This document shows positions 27,782-37,014 of a stretch of 64,000 nucleotides of DNA, piece after piece. The translations under genes were made by a program, and so were the position numbers. Origin of the DNA: a virus; the IMG/VR virus record IMGVR_UViG_3300049489_001303, positions 64,001-128,000 of that record; one strand, 5' to 3'. Under the pieces are notes generated by a model. That model was not told the origin of the DNA, did not search any database, and worked only from the letters and a program-made list of their open reading frames with translations. Numbering within the stretch: position 1 is the stretch's first letter; the number at the start of each line of letters is the position of its first letter.

Positions 27782-28536
27782 TCGACGGAAGTCAGTCTAC
27801 TCACCTCAGCAGCCATGTGCTGTGCCCTCAAATTAACGTACAGATAGCAAGACGCCAATTGTGCTAACTGAACGTCCAAAGCGTCCTCTCCGAAGCGTCG
27901 TTCGGAGAGGGCTTTCTTATCCAGATGTGCCCAACTCTTTTTTACCTCTCGGGCAAAATCTCGGTTCTCTTCCGGGAGCATATCCAGGAGGGCTTCCTCG
28001 GCCGACTCCAGGCTTCTGGGGGGTGTCACATAGCCTGCCCGGAGAAGGCAGACAGCGATGTACTGCTGAACGTCCTCATCGACCTCTGGCCGAGCCTCAC
28101 TGTCCGGGTCCATACCTCGCAGCAGAATAGCTTCGTACATTGCCCAAGACATCTGCGCAGGGTGGCATTCCAGAAGGCATTCAGGATCGAACATCTCCCC
28201 ACACAGGGACTTAACTCCGCGCTGAAACACCAGATTATCCCAGAAGAATGCCGGGTTACGGATGATAGAAATGGCTGCCATGATCCTGTTGCGGTCTTCC
28301 AGCGACAAGTCGAGCACGTGGTCTCTCAACAGTGTCATCCACAGTGTTTCAGGTTCCCAATAGAGAAAGTCTACACCGTAAAGAGCCCGCAAGGCCATGA
28401 TTAAGGCAGTGGCTGTGGAGTCATCGGACGTTCGAAGAACTTCGACAGCTTGCCCGTTGGCTGACGCCAGTTTACATATCTCAGGGGCAGCGGTTGGCAT
28501 CCACTCAGTTATGCTGGCGAGATCCTCTTCAATCAT
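27778..28536 (-). CDS. hypothetical protein (possibly head-associated)
   Basis: 252-aa ORF coupled to the upstream gene by an ATGA overlap. Confidence 0.65.
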   Translation of the reverse strand: MIEEDLASITEWMPTAAPEICKLASANGQAVEVLRTSDDSTATALIMALRALYGVDFLYWEPETLWMTLLRDHVLDLSLEDRNRIMAAISIIRNPAFFWDNLVFQRGVKSLCGEMFDPECLLECHPAQMSWAMYEAILLRGMDPDSEARPEVDEDVQQYIAVCLLRAGYVTPPRSLESAEEALLDMLPEENRDFAREVKKSWAHLDKKALSERRFGEDALDVQLAQLASCYLYVNLRAQHMAAEVSRLTSVD

Positions 28537-29528
28537 TTGCTGTAGGCTGCCAGTTGGCGTTCCAGGGTAGCTTTCATATCCGCGGGGAGCGTTGGGAGGA
28601 TCTGCTCGAGAGTCGCCAGGTCCACATGACCATTCGGGGCAATCTCCTTCGCAATGTCTTCTCCCAGAGCGTCCTGCCAGAAGGACAGTGGCAGACCCAT
28701 GAGAAGTGTTTTATTCTGCAGAGCACCCGCGGCCTTTGTGAACTGGGACGAGAACGCCGCCGTGTTGAACACCGTGCGGATGGGATCGTACAGCTTCTTG
28801 TCATAGAAGCCTTCCAGCCCCGCCTGTTTGTCCAGCACATCGATGAGCTTGGCCAGCTTGATCTGCTCTGAGCGGTCCATCAAGTAGGGCTGCACGCCGT
28901 TGACATCTTCAGCCAGCTTGGCAAACACCGGGGCGAGGGGGGAAGCAACCTTGATAGCAGCAACCTCACGCGCACGGATGCGATCGCGCAGAACCTGGGT
29001 GTCTGTGATTGTAAATCCAGCAAGTTTTTGGGTATCAGGCTGTAGCTCGACACCATAATGTTCGGCTATCTTCAGGAGGTTATAGCCAGCCTCGGTGCGG
29101 TCCTCAACCGTCATCTCAGCATACTTGTAGTGGTACGCCCCCTCGACCTCTCTGACATCCGCGGCAGATTTGACGGCAAAGCGCCTCTTCTCCGGGAGGA
29201 GGTAGTCCTCATGAGCTGCAACTTTGACCTGCTCGGACAACGCCGGAATATCGTACAGCTCTACGGCGTCGTTGAGTGTCTGCCTGACGTGGCGGGGAAG
29301 CTCTGAGGCCACTTTGCTATAGCCATAGGAGAGCGCTGTATGCTCCCGATTGTGAATGGGGAACATGCGCTTTTCCGGCCATGCAAATGCTTCTTTGGGG
29401 AGTCCTGCGAAGTCCTCGGGCGCCATACTGGCGGTCTTACACATCTCACGAATCTCGGGAAAACGATCAACTACTACGTGCAAATAGGCGTAACCCGGAT
29501 CTTTTGTCTGGTCTACTAACATAGTCAC
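28533..29528 (-). CDS. hypothetical protein rich in K-x-A motifs (possibly head-associated)
   Basis: 331-aa ORF with its own promoter; 13 of 23 Lys are in K-x-A context. Confidence 0.7.
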   Translation of the reverse strand: MTMLVDQTKDPGYAYLHVVVDRFPEIREMCKTASMAPEDFAGLPKEAFAWPEKRMFPIHNREHTALSYGYSKVASELPRHVRQTLNDAVELYDIPALSEQVKVAAHEDYLLPEKRRFAVKSAADVREVEGAYHYKYAEMTVEDRTEAGYNLLKIAEHYGVELQPDTQKLAGFTITDTQVLRDRIRAREVAAIKVASPLAPVFAKLAEDVNGVQPYLMDRSEQIKLAKLIDVLDKQAGLEGFYDKKLYDPIRTVFNTAAFSSQFTKAAGALQNKTLLMGLPLSFWQDALGEDIAKEIAPNGHVDLATLEQILPTLPADMKATLERQLAAYSK

Positions 29529-29558
29529 CTCACGGTTGGCGAAACGCTAACTACGTGA

Positions 29559-29587
29559 ATTATAGCTTTGCAAACATTGTAAAGCAA
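29559..29587 (-). promoter_or_regulatory. sigma70-like promoter
   Basis: Minus strand TTGCTT-N17-TATAAT upstream of 29528. Confidence 0.65.
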
Positions 29588-29597
29588 GGAGTAATGA

Positions 29598-31172
29598 ATG
29601 ACTGCTGAAAACGGTAAGTCTCTCTTCAACATCCCCCCTGATGAAAAGCTGAGCGCCTGGCTGGCCTGGCTGTTCTCCCCACGTGGCGGCAGCAACTTCT
29701 GGGGGCGCATCCTGAATGGGTGCGACCGCCGAATTGAGCGGGGCATGGGAACCATGGCCGTGGCAATGTCCAAGAGGGGAAAGTACACATTCCTGTGGGA
29801 TCCGGAATGCGTCAAAGATATGCCCGACGCGGAGGGCATGATGACTCTGGTCCATGAGGCTGCCCATCTGGCCTACTGCCACCTGGAACGTATGCTGACC
29901 CTAAAGAACCGCCTGGCTGATCCTGCGAAGTTCCGGCATCTGATGCCCATCTATAACATCGCAGCCGACATGGTTGTCAACGACATCGCCGTGCGCCCAA
30001 TGCTCAAGGACTCCAAAATCAAGGGTGAGCAATACAAAGATCGCTTTGTGTTTCCCGAGAATAACGACCCGAACAACCCTCGACGAAGTTACCCTCCAGG
30101 AAAAACCTTTGAAGAGTACGTGGCTCTTCTGCTGGAGGACCTCAAGAAGCCCCCACCGCCGCAATCAGGTGACTCCAATGATCCTGGGAAGCAATCAGGT
30201 GGCGCCAGTAGTTCTAAGAAGCAATCAGGTAACTCTTCTGCCACCAAGAAGGAACCTTCCAATGAAGATGGGGAAGGTGGCAGTGGTGAGGGTAGTGAAG
30301 ATGACGAAGACTCAGACTACAGCACAGAGCTGGCCGAGAGTCCTTCTGAAGAAGAGTTCCCTCAATGGTTACTCGACGAGCTGTCCAAGGGCATGCCCCA
30401 CATTGCATGGGAGAAGGTCTTTGAAGAAGCTACTGACGGGGAGGTTGAACGGGCCATTGATAATGCTCACAAGCAGGCGCAGAGCCTCGTGCGTAAGGCT
30501 ATAGCCGCACACGAGAAAAGCTGTGGAAGCCTCCCACTGAGTATACGCACGGCGACCGACAGCCTGCTGGAAGAACCTAAGGTTCCATGGCAACAGGTGC
30601 TCAGGTCTCATCTACGGTCGGCTGTAACCTACAAGATGTATGATAGCCTGGTGATGCCCAGCATGGCGCTGATAAGCTGTGACGAATATGAGCCTTATCC
30701 AGGCCTGCAACCCGAAATGATCTTCGTCATCAAGGCCTACTTCGACACCTCCGGAAGTATGTCACACAGTGACTTCCGGGATTGCTGCAGTGAGCTGGCC
30801 GGAATCATAAGGGACGTAGAGGGTGTCTCTGTCCGGCTCATCATGTTCGACGCCGGGCTCCAGTTTGAGGCCAACGTGAGTAGTGATGATGAGGATCTTC
30901 AAGAAATGCGCACCAGGCTGCGCTACGGTGGGGGTGGTACTTCGTTCAATGAGCCAATGAAAAATCTGGCTGGAATAGACACCGACGACGATTGGGTGCG
31001 GGGAGCTATACGCCTCCCGGAAAACCCCAAAGCAGACATGGGGATCATGTTCACTGACGGATACGCTCCCATGCCTGAAGACTTACCTGACGTGCCTGTT
31101 ATCTGGTGCCTTACCCGAAACGGGAGAGAGGACTCCGTTATGAACATTGTAGTCAGAATGGAAGACCAATGA
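29598..31172 (+). CDS. HExxH metallopeptidase-like + vWA domain protein (DUF2201-type), probable partner of the AAA+ ATPase
   Basis: LVHEAAH, NIAADMVVN and a low-complexity acidic linker. MIDAS DTSGSM, GGGTSF and FTDG. SD AAGGAG. Confidence 0.85.
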   Translation: MTAENGKSLFNIPPDEKLSAWLAWLFSPRGGSNFWGRILNGCDRRIERGMGTMAVAMSKRGKYTFLWDPECVKDMPDAEGMMTLVHEAAHLAYCHLERMLTLKNRLADPAKFRHLMPIYNIAADMVVNDIAVRPMLKDSKIKGEQYKDRFVFPENNDPNNPRRSYPPGKTFEEYVALLLEDLKKPPPPQSGDSNDPGKQSGGASSSKKQSGNSSATKKEPSNEDGEGGSGEGSEDDEDSDYSTELAESPSEEEFPQWLLDELSKGMPHIAWEKVFEEATDGEVERAIDNAHKQAQSLVRKAIAAHEKSCGSLPLSIRTATDSLLEEPKVPWQQVLRSHLRSAVTYKMYDSLVMPSMALISCDEYEPYPGLQPEMIFVIKAYFDTSGSMSHSDFRDCCSELAGIIRDVEGVSVRLIMFDAGLQFEANVSSDDEDLQEMRTRLRYGGGGTSFNEPMKNLAGIDTDDDWVRGAIRLPENPKADMGIMFTDGYAPMPEDLPDVPVIWCLTRNGREDSVMNIVVRMEDQ

Positions 31173-31750
31173 TCTACTTGGTCAGATCCAGGGGCGTAAC
31201 TCTCAACCGGTTGCGCCACACACCAGTCATCAGATTTCCCTTCAACACTTGCTACATCGCCAAGACCGGCGCCCCCGATACTCAACGACTTCTTAGGGCC
31301 CTCAAGTACGCAGTCACTATTCCGGTAACCTCCGGCATGGTGAGTGCCCTGGGAGGACTCCTGTCGTGCACCATTACCACGTTCGAAGGTATGGGTGGGT
31401 CTCGACCGGTGATAACAGCCGACATACGCAACATCCTACCCCGCCTGGCAGAAGAAAGGGACGACCCTTCGTTCATAATCCCCCTGTATCTTCAGGCAGA
31501 TGAGAATCGGGAATACCGTGGCAGACGACCTCTGACTAAGGCCTTCCGTCCCGGATACTGGGTGAGGGAAAGCCTCCCTGAAGTCGTCCCGGAGATGACA
31601 CTGCATCAACTCAATCAGAAGCCAATCAGTGCCTGCTCCAAATGTTTGAATGTCATTGACCTACACTCAGGAGACTGCTCACCCGGCTCCACCGCGTGCC
31701 AGCGCTCTATGTGTATCATTGTTACTCCGGAGAAGCCATGCACAGAGTAA
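31169..31750 (+). CDS. hypothetical protein with C-terminal Cys cluster
   Basis: ATGA overlap with the vWA gene stop; CSKC...CSPGSTAC. Confidence 0.6.
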   Translation: MIYLVRSRGVTLNRLRHTPVIRFPFNTCYIAKTGAPDTQRLLRALKYAVTIPVTSGMVSALGGLLSCTITTFEGMGGSRPVITADIRNILPRLAEERDDPSFIIPLYLQADENREYRGRRPLTKAFRPGYWVRESLPEVVPEMTLHQLNQKPISACSKCLNVIDLHSGDCSPGSTACQRSMCIIVTPEKPCTE

Positions 31751-32844
31751 GTTTCGAAGAAATAGATCCCACTGGATTTCCTGAGAATCTTCCCTTCATC
31801 ATAGACGACGTAACGCTGGCAACCACACTGAACACTTCCCTTAAGGGGCTCTGGAGTGTGCTGCACAACGTGAATGGACAATATCGCGTCTTCCCGCTGG
31901 ATAATGGTAAAGGCAAGATCCGAATAATCCACGCCCCGTCACCATTCATGAAATGGCTTTCCACAAATCTCAGGTACACCCTGCTGGAGCCCCTTCAGGA
32001 AGAGCTAGGGGAACACGTTACTGCCTATCGGCCCGGCCGCAGGATTGTAGACGCTGTAAAACGCCACATCCCCGCCTGCCCGATATGTGATAGGCCTGAC
32101 CCCTGGTTGCATCAAACGCATTCGTGTCCCCGTGACGGATCCTCGATACATCTGGACCTCAAGAATTTCTTCAACAGCACCCGACGGGCGTGGGTCAGGG
32201 GATACTTCAAGAGCCTGGGTTATGGTCATACCGCGGCCAGCTACATGGCTTCTCTGTGTACCTGTGTTCTCAAAGAGAATCCGGATCGTTGGGGGGTTCC
32301 GCAAGGGTCCCCTCTGTCGGGAGCCATCTGTAATCTGGTGGCGGACAGCCGCCTGGATCCGGGGATCCTGAAATACTTAGAGACCCTCAATAAGTCTCCG
32401 CGCTATCAAGGATCCTTCCAGTGGGTGTATTCCCGCTACTCCGACGACCTTGCATTCACTTGTGGTCACTCACTAACAAAATCAGAGATCAAGGATTTCC
32501 TCAGAGATATTTGCCGTCTTATACGAAAAGCCGGATACGACGTAAACATCCAGAAAACACGATGGACACATCGTGGTTGGAGAAAGCATCTGCTTGGTGT
32601 GAATATGAATCAGTCCGTAAACCCCGACCCGTACCTGTACAAGAAAGTACGTGGGATACTTCATCGCTGCAGCAAAACCAGCCTTGAAGAGCAAAGTGCT
32701 CTGGCAAAAGAGCTTCATGACATCGACGACCTGCCATCATGGCTTATGGGGCAGATCAATTGGATAGCCCAGCTGAACCCCGTTAAGGGTGATCGCCTGA
32801 AGACCCTGTATCAGTCCCTGAAAACAAAAGAAGGTGATGCATGA
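31738..32844 (+). CDS. retron-type reverse transcriptase
   Basis: GKIRIIHAP, AYRPGRRIVDAVKRH (region X-like), LDLKNFF, PQGSPLSG, YSRYSDDL, LLG in place of VTG, and LMGQINWIAQLNP. GGAG precedes ATG 31738. Confidence 0.88.
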   Translation: MHRVSFEEIDPTGFPENLPFIIDDVTLATTLNTSLKGLWSVLHNVNGQYRVFPLDNGKGKIRIIHAPSPFMKWLSTNLRYTLLEPLQEELGEHVTAYRPGRRIVDAVKRHIPACPICDRPDPWLHQTHSCPRDGSSIHLDLKNFFNSTRRAWVRGYFKSLGYGHTAASYMASLCTCVLKENPDRWGVPQGSPLSGAICNLVADSRLDPGILKYLETLNKSPRYQGSFQWVYSRYSDDLAFTCGHSLTKSEIKDFLRDICRLIRKAGYDVNIQKTRWTHRGWRKHLLGVNMNQSVNPDPYLYKKVRGILHRCSKTSLEEQSALAKELHDIDDLPSWLMGQINWIAQLNPVKGDRLKTLYQSLKTKEGDA

Positions 32845-34208
32845 TGCTGTCAACAATGTTTACCATCGCCACTCCTCGAGAGGACAGCTGGAGGAGTCCC
32901 ACGCTGTTACTGTTCTTCGATAGTGAACACTCTTTCCCCGGGGAAGGAGAGTTGCTCGACGAGGTCGCAGAGATCGTCAAGGATGAGGCCTTCCAGAAAG
33001 TATTCCCAGAAGGTGCCTACTTCAGGCTATGCGTAGAGTGCAGCGGGGATGACGATGTCATCATTGCGGAGAACCCCCCGAGCAAACGGCTGATCGGGGA
33101 TATGGAAAATGGGAACAAACTTACCCTGATCCATTGGGACCCTTCAGGGGGTCTGGAAGTGGTACTACTCGAGGACGTTTACTACTCCTGCAAGAACCCT
33201 GTGCGTACGCTGATGGGCTGCCAGGAGTGTGTTAAAGATCTGGAGCAGAGCCGGCGTCGGAGTCTGTACGATGACGACGAGAAGAAGGAGCCCGAGTTGC
33301 CCCGCTGCCGGATAGCACATGATGCTTATGGACCTGTACAGGGCAGTCTTCCAGCCAAAGAGAGCCTCGAGCTTTTCCAGAACAGGAGGAGCGTCATGGC
33401 ATCTTACACCTACATTTCTCCAAAGCTCACTACTGAGGATGAGTATGTATCGACGAAAACACTGCGGCCTCCGAGTAAGCACAACTTCTACAGCGTGGAC
33501 GAGAACAGCATAAAGGTCGGTGATGCGCTGCGGGAACGTGGAAGGCGCAATGTCTTCCGTAAATCTGACTGCAATCGTTGCCCCATGGAGGATGCCTGCA
33601 AGAAGGTTCACGGAGGCCTCACCTGTGCCAGATGGTGCGAGGGGCGTTACATAGAAACGGACGAGGAAATGCTGCTGAAGCTATCCTCAAGGGGTTACTG
33701 GAATCAGTGGACTGATCCGCAACTCCTGGCTATCCTGAGTAACTCCGGGGAACGGGCAAAGCGTTACAAGCGCTACATCACCTGGCTGACTCTGCAAAAG
33801 GACGGTTCTGTGGCTCTCAAATACGCCCGCACCGGGAAGGTCATCGAAGAAATGACAGACTGGGAAGACGTTGAGTACTACATCAAAGAGGAGAACGAAT
33901 ACTTCGATTTCTCGGTATTCAAAGACCGTGTGGTAGACAAGACCCTGCGTGGCAAACTGGCTGCGGCACTATACCACCCAGAAAGCCCCCGGATACGCTG
34001 CACAATGGGTTCTACCAGCTACCCCACAATAGGTGTTTCTCTGGGGTACAACGGGACGGTTGTTACCCGTCACATCAACTCCCACGGTGATCGTTTGAGG
34101 CATCCCACCTACACTTATGACTCCGCCGCAGATCTGCTCCTGTATTATAACAATCTTCCGGGTATATTCACCCAGGAGACCTCGCCGAACAAATTGTATG
34201 GTAGTTAG
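32841..34208 (+). CDS. hypothetical Cys-rich protein translationally coupled to the RT
   Basis: ATGA overlap with the RT stop; CQEC and CNRC..C..C..C clusters. Confidence 0.7.
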   Translation: MMLSTMFTIATPREDSWRSPTLLLFFDSEHSFPGEGELLDEVAEIVKDEAFQKVFPEGAYFRLCVECSGDDDVIIAENPPSKRLIGDMENGNKLTLIHWDPSGGLEVVLLEDVYYSCKNPVRTLMGCQECVKDLEQSRRRSLYDDDEKKEPELPRCRIAHDAYGPVQGSLPAKESLELFQNRRSVMASYTYISPKLTTEDEYVSTKTLRPPSKHNFYSVDENSIKVGDALRERGRRNVFRKSDCNRCPMEDACKKVHGGLTCARWCEGRYIETDEEMLLKLSSRGYWNQWTDPQLLAILSNSGERAKRYKRYITWLTLQKDGSVALKYARTGKVIEEMTDWEDVEYYIKEENEYFDFSVFKDRVVDKTLRGKLAAALYHPESPRIRCTMGSTSYPTIGVSLGYNGTVVTRHINSHGDRLRHPTYTYDSAADLLLYYNNLPGIFTQETSPNKLYGS

Positions 34209-34211
34209 TTC

Positions 34212-35141
34212 TTAAATCGTGGAGAAGTCGAAGCCGGGGCAGACAGCAATAATGTCTGCCTTGGCTTTGGCTTCTTCTTTTTCTGAGGCCTTCAAATTTT
34301 GCTCAGCCGCGATGCGCTCCTCGACCGCTGTGGCATAGTCCTCTTTGAAGACATGAAGTTGAGCTCGCCAGGTATCGAGCTGAGCACGGCAATAAGCTCT
34401 GTATGTCTCAATGTCACCTGTGACCGTGCCTTCCCCGGAAGTCCACAGCGCCGCAGCGTCTCCTTCATCCACATCTTCGGAAGTCAAGTGGGGGATCAAC
34501 TTGCTGTTGTGGTAGGTATTCAGGAGTGTGATAAACCCGATGTCGTTGCCCGAGTGTGATTCTTTCTTGAGGAACACCACACTGTAGTACCAGGCATCAA
34601 CGAGCTTCTGAGCATAGCTCATGTCCTTGACAGCACCGTCTACAGTCAGAAGCGCCTGGGCCAGAGCTGTATTCGCCGCGGCGTGGTCGTCACGGGCTGT
34701 GGTGTACGCCGTTTTAAGATTGTCGGCTACGGTCTCAGAGCCATTGGGGAAGACCATGCTGGTGTCGCTGGACTGGAATGCAGCATTGTAGTCCACCCAA
34801 CCTTTTGCCAAATCATTGATGCGCTCTGTCAGGGTGGCCTTCGCCTGTATCGCAATGTCCAGCGTGGGATATGTAAGACTGACAGTGCTGGAAATATACT
34901 GAGACTGCTCAGCGTGCACCGCCTGGTGGCGACTGAATTTCAGAGTCTGTACGTCGATGGGGGTGGCCACTCGGGCGAAGGTATCTTTGTCGATACGCTC
35001 CTTGCGCACGATGTTGTACACGAAGACGCCCGCCTCGGGGAGCTCCCCCTTCGCCGATACCGCAGCATCGATTTTGTACAGGGGGCTCCCATCAGTGTTC
35101 TGACTGCCGTAGCAGTTGTATGAGACGATCGTATAGTCCAT
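34212..35141 (-). CDS. hypothetical protein (putative virion protein, coiled-coil C-terminus)
   Basis: Distal end of the minus-strand structural operon. Confidence 0.6.
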   Translation of the reverse strand: MDYTIVSYNCYGSQNTDGSPLYKIDAAVSAKGELPEAGVFVYNIVRKERIDKDTFARVATPIDVQTLKFSRHQAVHAEQSQYISSTVSLTYPTLDIAIQAKATLTERINDLAKGWVDYNAAFQSSDTSMVFPNGSETVADNLKTAYTTARDDHAAANTALAQALLTVDGAVKDMSYAQKLVDAWYYSVVFLKKESHSGNDIGFITLLNTYHNSKLIPHLTSEDVDEGDAAALWTSGEGTVTGDIETYRAYCRAQLDTWRAQLHVFKEDYATAVEERIAAEQNLKASEKEEAKAKADIIAVCPGFDFSTI

Positions 35142-35144
35142 CGG

Positions 35145-35675
35145 TTAGACCTCTTCCGGGTATGTGTGGCTATCGGTGCCTTCGAACGCTGCCTTGTACT
35201 CGTAGTAGGCTGGCTGTAACAGCGATATGCGGCTGAGGGTGTACGCGGCACAATCCTCCGCCGTCTGCAGAGACAGACTGGATTGCACAGCCTCGTCCAA
35301 ACGGTAGTAATGAGCCCCATCCTGAACCGCCAGAGATTTACTGGCCGGGTAGGTGTCCATGTCATACACTGTCGCCACATGCTGGTAACTGTCATCCACC
35401 ACCGAAAAAACAAAGATCTCTGCGGCAATACCCAGGGTTTCCGTGACGGTGGTTGTCACTCGATAGACATCCCCTGCCGTGGTAGCACGCACTTGCTCTA
35501 CAGTTATACGTACGGGTGTAGGCGCAGTGTCGTCCACGTACAGCCCATTAACAGGCAAAGCTGTGCGGGATGTAGGTAGCGTAGAAATGTCAGTGGGGGT
35601 GGAAAGCCTTACAGGATAGTCCTGCAACGGGTCGTCCACTACCAGAACCTTGTATGTTACGGGTGTATAGCTCAT
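35145..35675 (-). CDS. hypothetical protein (putative virion protein)
   Basis: IFVFSVVDDSYQHVATVYDM resembles VFVYNI..DTFARVATPIDV in the neighbouring ORF. Confidence 0.6.
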   Translation of the reverse strand: MSYTPVTYKVLVVDDPLQDYPVRLSTPTDISTLPTSRTALPVNGLYVDDTAPTPVRITVEQVRATTAGDVYRVTTTVTETLGIAAEIFVFSVVDDSYQHVATVYDMDTYPASKSLAVQDGAHYYRLDEAVQSSLSLQTAEDCAAYTLSRISLLQPAYYEYKAAFEGTDSHTYPEEV

Positions 35676-36367
35676 GGGTATTCGTAGACCTCTACCTCGG
35701 CCCCACCGGACTCGTAGGTTGAATTATCATAGGCTTTCACGAGATCCCAGGCATCGGAATCTGCACTGATGCGCCATGCTTTTGCCGCCGCCAAGTCCTC
35801 TTCAAAAGTCATAAGACCCGTAGATGCCCGGTAGGCTGTAACAGACGGGGTAGCAGAATAATCCCGGTTAGCTGTCCCGTCGGACCCCTGACATATGATT
35901 GTTTCCCCCCTCCTCACTGTGTAAGACATACCTCTGCCGTATGCCGGGAAGGGGGTAGCTACTTTAACACGGAATTGATTGCTGAGGTCCAGCTCGAGAA
36001 CTGTCGCACCGTAAGCTGTACTGGCAGGGTGTAACTCATAAACTACCCAGCGCTCCGGTATCTGCTCTGCTGGGATATTAATAACATCCCCCACCGCTAT
36101 GTCCTCAAGAGCTTCAGATTCGAAGTAGTTAACCGTCGCCGGCAATTCCAAAAGCACACCGCCGGACACGATCTCTGCGTAAGTTCCCACCCCGCGGATC
36201 CTCTCATCAGCATCCATGGACCCCGGCGTGACTACCAAGCAGGTCTGTAGAGCCGTGGGGGTAGTGAGGCCTTCCACCGTGGTGTCTACGGTAGCCCGCA
36301 TGAAATAATTAGTCTTGTCGCTATCTGTTTTGGGCTCGTAAGTAATCTGGATTCTTGATGTTGCCAT
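35672..36367 (-). CDS. hypothetical protein (putative virion protein)
   Basis: 231-aa ORF coupled to the downstream gene. Confidence 0.6.
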   Translation of the reverse strand: MATSRIQITYEPKTDSDKTNYFMRATVDTTVEGLTTPTALQTCLVVTPGSMDADERIRGVGTYAEIVSGGVLLELPATVNYFESEALEDIAVGDVINIPAEQIPERWVVYELHPASTAYGATVLELDLSNQFRVKVATPFPAYGRGMSYTVRRGETIICQGSDGTANRDYSATPSVTAYRASTGLMTFEEDLAAAKAWRISADSDAWDLVKAYDNSTYESGGAEVEVYEYP

Positions 36368-36413
36368 AGTTTACTCTTGACTGTTAAAGGGTTTCCCTGT
36401 TCAATAGTAACCT

Positions 36414-37001
36414 ATGAACAACCCCAATACAAGCGCTAAGCACTACATCGGTGTGGACCCCTCACTGAACGGAACAGGGCTGGCGGTGCTGACAGATATG
36501 GGCGGCGTTTTCAAGAGGGCCACTCTGCTGATTGCACCACACAAGAGCCTCACAGAGACTGCCAAGCTCCTTTATATCTACCGCACCGCTACCGAGTGGC
36601 TCACAGCGATCATCGCAGAGGGCGCCTTCCCAGTGGCCTGCATGGAAGGACCCTCCTACGGCAGCGTTGGGCGACAGGACATCCTGGGGGAGGTGAGGGG
36701 TGTCCTGAAGCTGGTTCTCTGCCAGCTCCACGCCGCGCCCATTATCATACTGGCCCCCGCTACCCTGAAGAAGTTCGCCTCAGGATACGGCGCCGCGGAC
36801 AAAGAACAGGTGGGCGCCGGCATGAGGACCTTCGGCTGGTTCGCCCACAGCTCCGACGAATACGACGCCGCGGCCCTGGCCGAATACTGCTATGCCCAAC
36901 GGAATGAGAACGCCACCCTGACCCGCCCCCAGCGCGAAGCTCTCAATCCAAAAAAGAAACCAACCCGCCGGTGGACAAAGTCCAAAGGCATCAACATCTG
37001 A
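36414..37001 (+). CDS. ruvC: RuvC-like Holliday junction resolvase
   Basis: IGVDPSLNGTG, MEGPSY, LKKFASGYGAADK, DEYDAAALA. Confidence 0.88.
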   Translation: MNNPNTSAKHYIGVDPSLNGTGLAVLTDMGGVFKRATLLIAPHKSLTETAKLLYIYRTATEWLTAIIAEGAFPVACMEGPSYGSVGRQDILGEVRGVLKLVLCQLHAAPIIILAPATLKKFASGYGAADKEQVGAGMRTFGWFAHSSDEYDAAALAEYCYAQRNENATLTRPQREALNPKKKPTRRWTKSKGINI

Positions 37002-37014
37002 CGAGGTATAAATC

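Noticed and set aside
31738-32844. Diversity-generating retroelement or group II intron
   Set aside because: The RT has PQGSPLS and retron-like C-terminal motifs, not the DGR-type IGNLxSQ, and no maturase or endonuclease domain. The only long repeat pair noticed (in the fibre gene) differs mainly at synonymous positions rather than specifically at adenines.
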